The position numbers were made by a program, and so were the translations under genes. This document shows positions 56,249 through 64,000 of a stretch of DNA of 64,000 nt, piece after piece. Where the stretch lies: contig CAXXUO010000004.1 in assembly GCA_963666485.2 (NCBI GenBank), positions 160,001 through 224,000 of the forward strand, read 5' to 3'. Below the pieces are notes generated by a model. The model saw only the letters and a program-made list of their open reading frames with translations, made no database searches and was not told the origin of the DNA. This DNA comes from Syntrophorhabdaceae bacterium (lineage in GTDB: Bacteria > Desulfobacterota > Syntrophorhabdia > Syntrophorhabdales > Syntrophorhabdaceae). Every line of letters starts with the position of its first letter. Position 1 is the stretch's first letter.

Positions 56249-59200
56249 TCAGCTACCTCCGTGCGATATGTTTATTTCCCGTTCTCTCCTCAACTCAAAA
56301 TTCCATTTCCAGATCTGAAATATCGGCGGGTAAACAACCAGCTCCAACAGGAAGGATGTGAGGATACCTCCGACCATGGGCGCCGCGATGCGCTTCATCA
56401 CGTCTGCCCCCGCGCCCATCGACCAGAGTATCGGTATGAGTCCCACGAACATAGTTGTCATGGTCATGAACTTGGGCCGCAGCCTCTTCACCGCCCCGTA
56501 GCGGATGACCTCCTGCAGGTCCGCAAGAGACTTTAGCCTCCCCTCCTTCTTCGCCTGCCCGTAGGCCAGGTCGAGGTAGAGGAGCATGAAAACGCCTGTC
56601 TCCGCGTCAACCCCGAGAAGCGCGATAAGCCCCACCCAGACGGCGATGCTCATGTTGTAACCGAGGAGGTAAAGGAACCAGAAGGCGCCGACCGCGGAAA
56701 AAGGCACCGCAAGGAGAATGATGAATGTCTTGGTGAGAGAACGCGTATTGAGCCACAGAAGGATGCAGATAAGGAAGAGCGTGATGGGCACCACTACCTT
56801 CAGCCGTTCTTTGGTTCGTTCCATGCCCTCGTACTGGCCACTCCACGAGATCGTATAGCCCGCCGGCGGTTTGATCCTGTCGTTCAGAAGCCGTGAGGCC
56901 TCGTCGATGTACCCCTTAGGATCGCGCCCTTCGGTGTCCACATAGACGTAGCCGGTCAGAAGGCCGTCTTCGTTGCGGATCATGGACGGCCCGCTGGCGG
57001 CGCTGATGGCGGCAAGTTCGGACAGAGGGATCTGCTTCTGTCCGTCCGGGACCGAAACGAGCACGCGGCCAAGTGCATCTATGTCCTGCCTGAAGTCGCG
57101 CTTGTACCGCACGTTCACGGGGTACCGTTCCCGTCCCTCGATAGTGGTGGTCACGATCTCCCCGCCTATCGCCCGTGCCACTATGTCCTGCACCTCCTCC
57201 ATGCTCAGGTTGTAGCGGGCAAGTTCCGTGCGGTCCCACGTGAAATCGAGAAAACTCCCCGACCCCGTGCGTTCCGCGAAGACGCTGCGTGTCCCTTTGA
57301 CCTGTGGCAGCACGCCCTCGACCTGGGCCCCGATCTGTTCGATCACAGCCAGGTCCGGCCCTGAGATCTTGAGGCCGACGGGCGTCCGGATACCGGTGCT
57401 GAGCATTTCGATGCGGCCCTTGATGGGCATGGTCCAGCCCGCGGCCAACCCGGGCAATTTCAGGGCCTCGTTCATCTCGCCGATGAGTTGCTCTTGCGAG
57501 ATGCGGTCCGGTGTTATGTGCCGGAAGATCGCCGCCGCAAAGCCGGGGGCCCATGATGAATACCATGTGTCAACCGGGCGCCACTCTTTTTTCGGTTTCA
57601 GAATGATCACCGTTTCGAGCATAGAGAGCGGCGCCGGGTCCGTGGAGGTATTCGCGCGCCCCGCCTTGCCGAGCACGGTCTTGACCTCAGGAAACTGTTT
57701 GATGACCCGATCCGTCACCTGCAGGAGCTTCTGGGCCTCCGTAATGGAGATGCCCGGCATGGTGGAGGGCATGTAAAGAATGGACCCCTCCTCCAGGGGA
57801 GGCATGAACTCAGAACCAAGCTTCATGTAGACCGGGACCGTGACGATCACGAGGCCGAGGGCGCCCGCGATGACCCCCCACTTCCATCGCAGTGCCCATG
57901 TGACCACCGGTTCGTAGAAGCGGATGAGGAAGCGGCTGACGGGGTGCTTCTCCTCGGAGTGGATGGTCCCCACGAGTGCCGCGTTCGTCACCCGGCACAA
58001 GAGGCGCGGTTTGAAGGTAAAAGGGACCATGCGCGTAAAAATTACACGCAGGGCCGGGTCGAGGGTGATCGTCAGCACCGCGGCGATGATCATGGACAGG
58101 TTCTTCGTGTAGGCAAGCGGCTTGAACAGGCGCCCTTCCTGGGCCTCCAGGGCGAGGACGGGTATAAAGGAGACGCCGATGACGAGAAGCGCAAAGAAGC
58201 TCGGGCCGGCCACCTGCTTGATGGCATTCACGACCACCGTGCGGTAATCCTCCCGGCTGCCTGTCGACTTCCATTGCTCGAGGTTCTTATGCACCTGCTC
58301 GACGACGACGATGGCCGCGTCGACAAGTGCACCGATAGCGATAGCGATGCCTCCCAGGGACATGATATTGGCGGTGATCCCCATCATCCTGAAGGGGATG
58401 AAGGAAAGGAGGACCACCACCGGTATCGTAATCAAGGGGATGACGGCGCTGGGGATATGCCAGAGGAAGAGCAGAATGATGAGGGCGACCGTGATGATAA
58501 CTTCCGCAAGCGTCGACTTCAGGTTGTCAATGGCCCGGCGGATCAGGTCGGAGCGGTCGTAAATAGGAAGGATCGTGACGCCTTTAGGCAGACCTGGCTT
58601 GATCTCCTCGATCTTCTTCTTGACACGATCGATCACCTCAAGCGCATTCTGGCCCTGGCGCATGATGACGATCCCCGAGACCACCTCCCCTTTTCCGTCG
58701 AGATCGGAGGCTCCCCGGCGAAGATCAGGACCTTTCACCACCGTTCCTACGTCTTTGACACGGATGGGTGTGCCCCCCTCACCGGAAGCGACGACGATCT
58801 CTTCGAAATCTTTCACCGAGCGGGCATAACCGCGGCCGCGCACCATGTACTCCGTACCGCCAAATTCGATGAGGCGCCCGCCGGTTTCCGTGTTGCCGCT
58901 CCGTACCGCTTCTACAACCTTCGCTATAGGCAGGCCAAAGGACTTCAGGCGGTTCGGGTCGACATTGACCTGGTACTGTTTACCGAAACCACCAAAAGTC
59001 GCCACCTCGGCTACACCGGGGACCGCCTTGAGATAGTAGCGCAGGTACCAGTCCTGGTATGAGCGCAAATCGGCGAGGCTCCGCATGCCCGATTCATCGG
59101 TCAGGGCATACTGGAAGACCCAGCCGAGGGCCGTGGCATCAGGCCCTATTTCCGTGCGCACGCCCCGGGGAAGGCCCGGAAGCACGGACGAGAGGTATTC

Positions 59201-59530
59201 CTGCGTACGCGAGCGCGCCCAGTAAATATCCGTCCCGTCCTCGAAGATGATGTAGACGTAGGAGTAGCCGAAATCGGAGAAGCCGCGGACAGCCTTCACA
59301 CGGGGGGCGCCGAGCATGGCCGTCACGATGGGGTAGGTCACCTGCTCTTCAATGATGTCGGGACTCCGGTCCCATTGCGAGTAAATGATGACCTGCGTGT
59401 CCGAAAGGTCGGGAACGGCGTCGAGGGCCACGTGATTCATCGACCACCAGCCCGCGAGGCAGGCGGCGGCCACCATGGCGAGAACGAAGAATTTGTTGTT
59501 TACGGAAAAATCGATGATCCGGTTAATCAT
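56249..59530 (-). CDS. cusA: CusA/SilA heavy-metal RND efflux pump
   Basis: DAVPDLSDTQV, GPDATALGWV, ANIMSLGG, GALVDAA, EFMPPLEEG..YMP, LSMLET, RLRPKFMT. Confidence 0.9.
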   Translation of the reverse strand: MINRIIDFSVNNKFFVLAMVAAACLAGWWSMNHVALDAVPDLSDTQVIIYSQWDRSPDIIEEQVTYPIVTAMLGAPRVKAVRGFSDFGYSYVYIIFEDGTDIYWARSRTQEYLSSVLPGLPRGVRTEIGPDATALGWVFQYALTDESGMRSLADLRSYQDWYLRYYLKAVPGVAEVATFGGFGKQYQVNVDPNRLKSFGLPIAKVVEAVRSGNTETGGRLIEFGGTEYMVRGRGYARSVKDFEEIVVASGEGGTPIRVKDVGTVVKGPDLRRGASDLDGKGEVVSGIVIMRQGQNALEVIDRVKKKIEEIKPGLPKGVTILPIYDRSDLIRRAIDNLKSTLAEVIITVALIILLFLWHIPSAVIPLITIPVVVLLSFIPFRMMGITANIMSLGGIAIAIGALVDAAIVVVEQVHKNLEQWKSTGSREDYRTVVVNAIKQVAGPSFFALLVIGVSFIPVLALEAQEGRLFKPLAYTKNLSMIIAAVLTITLDPALRVIFTRMVPFTFKPRLLCRVTNAALVGTIHSEEKHPVSRFLIRFYEPVVTWALRWKWGVIAGALGLVIVTVPVYMKLGSEFMPPLEEGSILYMPSTMPGISITEAQKLLQVTDRVIKQFPEVKTVLGKAGRANTSTDPAPLSMLETVIILKPKKEWRPVDTWYSSWAPGFAAAIFRHITPDRISQEQLIGEMNEALKLPGLAAGWTMPIKGRIEMLSTGIRTPVGLKISGPDLAVIEQIGAQVEGVLPQVKGTRSVFAERTGSGSFLDFTWDRTELARYNLSMEEVQDIVARAIGGEIVTTTIEGRERYPVNVRYKRDFRQDIDALGRVLVSVPDGQKQIPLSELAAISAASGPSMIRNEDGLLTGYVYVDTEGRDPKGYIDEASRLLNDRIKPPAGYTISWSGQYEGMERTKERLKVVVPITLFLICILLWLNTRSLTKTFIILLAVPFSAVGAFWFLYLLGYNMSIAVWVGLIALLGVDAETGVFMLLYLDLAYGQAKKEGRLKSLADLQEVIRYGAVKRLRPKFMTMTTMFVGLIPILWSMGAGADVMKRIAAPMVGGILTSFLLELVVYPPIFQIWKWNFELRREREINISHGGS

Positions 59531-59536
59531 GGGCGG

Positions 59537-60922
59537 TCACCGGACATTTCCAGCACCGGGAACCGGAGGAACAGGCGCCAAAGTCTTGACAGTTCTATCG
59601 GGGCGGCCTGGCTCGTCCTTCACCGGCTGCCCGTTCCCCTCCGGCCGAGCGGGGGCCGGGGACATGCCTGCAGCCGCCTTCTTCATCCTGCTCTCCGAAT
59701 CGATGAGAAAGTTGCCCGATACAACGATCTGGTCGCCTTCCGTCAGGCCCTTCGTGATCTCGACCCGGTCGCCCAGGCGCCAGCCCGTCTCTACCTCGCG
59801 GGGCTCGAAAAACCCGTTGCCCCGGTCGACAAAGACGATCTTCCTAAGGCCGGAATCGAGGACCGCATCGGCCGGGACCGCAAGGGCAGGCGGCAGCGTG
59901 ACCGAAAACTCAACATCCACGAACATGTCGGGCCGGAGCAGGTAGCCGGGGTTATCGACCACCATGCCCACCTTCAGCGTCCTCGAGTTCGGGTCGAACC
60001 TCGGCAAAACCTTGCTCACCTCTGTGTCGTACAATCGTGTCTGGTGGGGCACCCTGACCCGGACTTTCGTCCCCGGCTTCACGTAATCCATCTCGTTGCG
60101 GAAAAGATCGGCAAGGACCCATACCTTGCCGAGATCGGCGATGCGAAAGAGTTCTTTCCCCTTATCGATGCGTTCGCCGGGCGTAATCGCCCGGAGGAGG
60201 ACGAAGCCGTCACTCGGTGAGATGATGTCTATCTCCTCACTATACTGACGGGTCCGCGCGATCTTCTCCAACTGGGCGTCTCCCATGCCCAGATTTCTTA
60301 ACGCTTCCCGGTTCTGCCGGATGGTATTGCGCGACACCTCGAGCTGCGCCTGCGTCTCTTTGCCGGTGCTCTGAAAACGATCCAGCGCCCCGAGGGAGTA
60401 AAGGTAGGCCTGTTCCGGCCCGATGAACTCAGGGGCGTAGAAGGATCCCAGCTTTTCGTTCTTCTTTACCAGACTCCCTACCCTGACGGGCATGACCTTT
60501 ACGATCCATCCGTCAATGGCCGCGTTGAGACGGTACGTCCTTGTTTCATCTGCTTCGACCTTACCGGTCGTCCGGAGTTCGCGATGCGTGGGAGTCCTTT
60601 CGACCCGACCGGTCCTGACCCCGATCAACTGCTGTTTTTCGGGCGTGACGCGAACCGTCCCCGGCGGATATGCCTCAGGCACCCCGTTGGGAACCGGCGC
60701 AGCCCCCGCATCAGCATAGATGGGCTCCATCTTCATGCCGCAGGGCGCGACACCCGGCTTGTCAGAGGTGTGGCCGGGGTTCATGGGGTCGACGTAGTAG
60801 AGGACGCGGCGTCCACGCGGCGGATCCTCCGTGGTGCCGCCACGGTGGCCGAAAAACGAACCCGTAATAAAGGCCGCGATCAACAGCACTGCGAGAAAGA
60901 TCCAGAAAAACAATTTCCGCAT
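59537..60922 (-). CDS. cusB: CusB-like RND periplasmic adaptor
   Basis: YYVDPMNP..PG..PCGMKMEP metal-binding N-domain, LRPDMF, GNFLIDSES. Confidence 0.88.
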   Translation of the reverse strand: MRKLFFWIFLAVLLIAAFITGSFFGHRGGTTEDPPRGRRVLYYVDPMNPGHTSDKPGVAPCGMKMEPIYADAGAAPVPNGVPEAYPPGTVRVTPEKQQLIGVRTGRVERTPTHRELRTTGKVEADETRTYRLNAAIDGWIVKVMPVRVGSLVKKNEKLGSFYAPEFIGPEQAYLYSLGALDRFQSTGKETQAQLEVSRNTIRQNREALRNLGMGDAQLEKIARTRQYSEEIDIISPSDGFVLLRAITPGERIDKGKELFRIADLGKVWVLADLFRNEMDYVKPGTKVRVRVPHQTRLYDTEVSKVLPRFDPNSRTLKVGMVVDNPGYLLRPDMFVDVEFSVTLPPALAVPADAVLDSGLRKIVFVDRGNGFFEPREVETGWRLGDRVEITKGLTEGDQIVVSGNFLIDSESRMKKAAAGMSPAPARPEGNGQPVKDEPGRPDRTVKTLAPVPPVPGAGNVR

Positions 60923-60981
60923 ACTTTAACTCCGTACTTCTGATTCGTTACCGACACCGATGACCCACGCACTTCATATCC

Positions 60982-61018
60982 AAAAAGAAGCCCCGCACGT
61001 GGTCATGCGAGGCTTCTT
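60982..61018 (-). terminator. Intrinsic terminator after the multicopper oxidase
   Basis: Minus strand GAAGCCTCGCA-loop-TGCGGGGCTTC followed by T5. Confidence 0.7.
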
Positions 61019-61039
61019 CGCTGCTGCAAGGTCACCTCA

Positions 61040-63301
61040 TCACGGTAAACCGTTTGGTGTGACAAGCAGCGGTCTCATCATATCGTGTTCTTCATGCTCC
61101 AGTATGTGGCAGTGCCAGACATACTCGTAACCGGTCGTCAGACCGGTACGGGAACTCAGTGGGGGTTTCCCGTTGGTGATAGCCAGTTGACCGGTGGCCG
61201 CGTTGGCTGTCGTAGTGATGTTTGTCACACCGTCTGGACCCGTAATCCTGGGCACATCGAATTTCATGATTACCCTTGTTACTTCACCCGGGTTCATCCG
61301 GACGGTTTCTTTCCAGCCGTTCTCTTGCGGGGTGGGTGGCACGGCCGGCCCGAGATACATGGGGACACCTGTATACTGCCCTACCTTGAAGGGTCGCCGG
61401 TCGAGTATCTGGACGTTCACCAGGTGGAAGTGGATCGGGTGGGTGTCGCCGGTGAGGTTGGCGATTTCCCAGATCTCAACATCCCCTTCCACGGGATTTT
61501 CGGTGACCGGATCAATGTAGGCCCTCCCGTAGGTGCCCTTCACGAGGGGGACATTCGTGCCCAAAAGCTGGATAAGGCGACCATACGCGTCGAAAGTTTC
61601 ATTGAGCGTGAGCGGCCTTACGGTTTTTACGACGACGCCGGGCGCCGGGACACCGCCTACAGCCAGGAAAGGATCGATACCGATTGGTTTGTTGTTCCAA
61701 TTTGCATTAATGAGTGGCGCACCAGCATCCCCCGAAGTCACTGCACCGGCCACGTCAAAACGCATGATCACGCGGGTATTGGGCCCCTGGCCCGCCAGCG
61801 TGGTTGCATTGACGGGATTCGCCTTTATGTTCCATCCGGGGAAATAGTCGTTGCGCGGGTCGCCGATCGGAAAAGGAGCCGGAGCGTCGTTGTAGAGTAC
61901 GATGCTCTTATTGGCAAAGGCACTGAAGTCGACGATAACGTCCCACCGCTCAGCGTTGCCGGTAACAAGGCTGCCCGTCAGGGTAACGGGGTTGAAGGGT
62001 ACATTAGATGGTACAGCGACCGGGTTTTGGATGAATCCGCCCTCCGTTCCTAAAACCGTCCAGGCAGGGCCGGGTAGATTGGTGGGGATGCCGGTTGCCG
62101 CATTCAGCGTGATGCCGTTGCGGTTAGGTAGGGCAGCAGTCGAATCATCAACAAAAAGCTGCAGGTTCAGGAAACGGGCGTTGCAGGCGTTGAGTATACG
62201 GAGGCGGTAACGTTTCGGCTCTACCGCTACCTTCGGATAGACCGTGCCGTTGACGAGCATAGTGTCACCGAAGAATTCGGGAATGACGGAAGGATCGACA
62301 GGAATGGTATTCCCTTTGGCGAAATTTCCCTGCATCTTCCACCGGGCCTTCTCATACACATGGGCGTACCAGAGACTGCCTACGGTCGTGGGTCCAGTCC
62401 ACGTGGGATCACCACCGACCGCCGTCTTGATGCTTGGTCCCACGAATATCTTGTCCTGGATTACAATAGGTATCTCCGCCGATGACAATCCAGGCGCAAG
62501 AACGGAATTTTCAATTCGAGGCAACCCCAAACCTGCTTCGAAAGTATCTCTGATGATGTAGCCTGATGCGACACCCGCATATGCGTTCGTACGCGTGATC
62601 CCATAGGCATGATCGTGGTACCACACAAACCGCGCGCTCTGGTTATTGGGATAGTAATATTCAGCGTCGCCAACGGTTAGTGGCGTCGGGTTGAAGACCG
62701 CGTTGTTCAGAAAGCTGGCCCCGTGGGCCCCGGCAGGAGTAAACCAATCAAACGGACCGCCATCACTGATCCACGGCACAAGACCGCCGTGAAGGTGAAC
62801 AGCCGTTCTGTTCGGCATCGCAGTGTTTACGCCGGGAATCGTAGTATCCACGGGGATGGGACTGGCGAGAGCAGTCCCCGTCGGAGTTTTATCTGAGGTA
62901 AGTTGATTCCTGAACGTGATCTGAATAGGCACACCCCTCTCTGCGACGATGATGCCCCCGAGGTGCCTCGGAGTCGGAGGACCGGCTACCAAATAATTAG
63001 TCGGGACGTACCCCCAGAGTGTCGTGCTGCTCGGGGCGAAAAAAGAATGCAGCCGGTCAGTGAACTGCTGTATGCCGATGGTGTAATGCGTAACCCCCGT
63101 GACAGGCGCAACCGTCGGCGCAGGGTCGGGGGCAGCTATGCCGATCTGTGTAGCCAGTGACGTTGCATCGCTGCCGCGCAGGGTTTCCGTGAAAAGCGTC
63201 AGTCCGGGCGGGCTCTGATAGAAGGCGTGGGAAGTGCCCACACCGGAACCTAAAAGCAATGCCATGCTCAGTACGACGAGAGAAACAAATTTTAATCTCA
63301 T
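61040..63301 (-). CDS. Secreted multicopper oxidase (CotA/bilirubin oxidase-like)
   Basis: HLHG, WYHDH, HPIHFH, WHCHILEHEEHDMM copper ligands; signal peptide. Confidence 0.92.
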   Translation of the reverse strand: MRLKFVSLVVLSMALLLGSGVGTSHAFYQSPPGLTLFTETLRGSDATSLATQIGIAAPDPAPTVAPVTGVTHYTIGIQQFTDRLHSFFAPSSTTLWGYVPTNYLVAGPPTPRHLGGIIVAERGVPIQITFRNQLTSDKTPTGTALASPIPVDTTIPGVNTAMPNRTAVHLHGGLVPWISDGGPFDWFTPAGAHGASFLNNAVFNPTPLTVGDAEYYYPNNQSARFVWYHDHAYGITRTNAYAGVASGYIIRDTFEAGLGLPRIENSVLAPGLSSAEIPIVIQDKIFVGPSIKTAVGGDPTWTGPTTVGSLWYAHVYEKARWKMQGNFAKGNTIPVDPSVIPEFFGDTMLVNGTVYPKVAVEPKRYRLRILNACNARFLNLQLFVDDSTAALPNRNGITLNAATGIPTNLPGPAWTVLGTEGGFIQNPVAVPSNVPFNPVTLTGSLVTGNAERWDVIVDFSAFANKSIVLYNDAPAPFPIGDPRNDYFPGWNIKANPVNATTLAGQGPNTRVIMRFDVAGAVTSGDAGAPLINANWNNKPIGIDPFLAVGGVPAPGVVVKTVRPLTLNETFDAYGRLIQLLGTNVPLVKGTYGRAYIDPVTENPVEGDVEIWEIANLTGDTHPIHFHLVNVQILDRRPFKVGQYTGVPMYLGPAVPPTPQENGWKETVRMNPGEVTRVIMKFDVPRITGPDGVTNITTTANAATGQLAITNGKPPLSSRTGLTTGYEYVWHCHILEHEEHDMMRPLLVTPNGLP

Positions 63302-63669
63302 ACCAACTTACCTCCCCGAATCGTCCCCATCGTAGTCGACCGCAGTGCGGCTGCCGTTATTTTCATTATCCGCGCAGCGGAAGCTAAGCCGACAACACTA
63401 ACGTGTTTTGCGGCTGTGGTATTCAATAATCCAGATATCTATTTATATGAACGCGCCGGGCAAAGCCGGTTGAACCATCGCTTCGCACCGGTACCTTAAT
63501 CCCTTCCGCATCATTTCGAACCAATTCTTATTCGGTTCCCGATACTTCTCCTCCATTGTCACCTACTAAAATTTGGTCATCCCCGTCTATCTGTCAACCG
63601 AGTGATGCCATATTCCAAGTGATTTTCATATGTTGCAAGACAGTAGAAAGAACACAGGATTAACCGGGC

Positions 63670-64000
63670 TCAATCCAGTCCCTTTATGACCGAAGCAGAG
63701 ATATCGTGAAACCTGAGCAGGCTTTTACCTTTATGGTCCCTCATGAACTCCGCAGCCTCCTCTTCCTTTTCAAAAGGTATGAGTTCCTTGCCCATGGGCC
63801 CGAAGACGTCGCTTCCCTGAACGTAGTGTGCCTTCAGGCCGTCAATAAGGGTCAAGCTGTAATAGTCGTTCACATAGACCGACGCGATATCGGCCCTGCT
63901 GTGCCGGGGGTCGTATTTATTCATATTCAGGTAATACTTGAGCATGTCCTTGACCCCGTCAAAGAAAACAACGGAGCCGTCCCGAAAAACAATCTGGGCG
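63670..64000 (-). CDS. NosL-family protein (3' part; start outside window)
   Basis: AQIVFRDG..FFDGVKDM, YVNDYY, YVQGSDVFGPMGKELIPF, AAEFMRDHKG. Confidence 0.85.
   Translation of the reverse strand, partial: AQIVFRDGSVVFFDGVKDMLKYYLNMNKYDPRHSRADIASVYVNDYYSLTLIDGLKAHYVQGSDVFGPMGKELIPFEKEEEAAEFMRDHKGKSLLRFHDISASVIKGLD

Noticed and set aside
63302..63669. Riboswitch or sigma-54 promoter upstream of the multicopper oxidase
   Set aside because: Some hairpin potential, but no match to a riboswitch consensus I can verify and the TGGC/TTGC spacing is wrong; needs an Rfam scan

Overview
Chromosomal window from a moderately GC-rich anaerobic bacterium; gene content suggests a Syntrophorhabdus-like Desulfobacterota, which is an inference. 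From left to right it carries a lower benzoyl-CoA/glutarate pathway (biotin carrier, glutaryl-CoA dehydrogenase, hbd, crt, thiolase + DUF35), a nuclease-ExeA pair, selB, HDAC, comEC, a hybrid kinase, Ppx and ccdA. Next come an rpoH-xdhC-yqeB-Mo cofactor-AmmeMemo run, a protease/7TM/ATP-grasp triad, and a frameshift-riddled 27-30 kb tract that reconstructs into a ~1470 aa mosaic protein with a 7-repeat propeller. These are followed by dtd, an EF-G paralog, rpmH-rnpA-yidD-yidC-jag-mnmE, PBP1A, two divergent adenine-deaminase paralogs, a MenA-like prenyltransferase abutting a radical SAM/SPASM gene, plsY and tRNA-Leu(TAA). The window ends in a copper/metal block (Cys/His-rich membrane protein, ABC system, CusAB, multicopper oxidase, NosL). 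The most striking unexplained structure is a family of seven intergenic elements made of 7-nt tandem repeats, mostly arranged as inverted arms. They use five different heptamer units yet share an AAGACGG/..GTCTT-type terminus, and most start right at stop codons. All calls come from manual motif reading; no searches were run.
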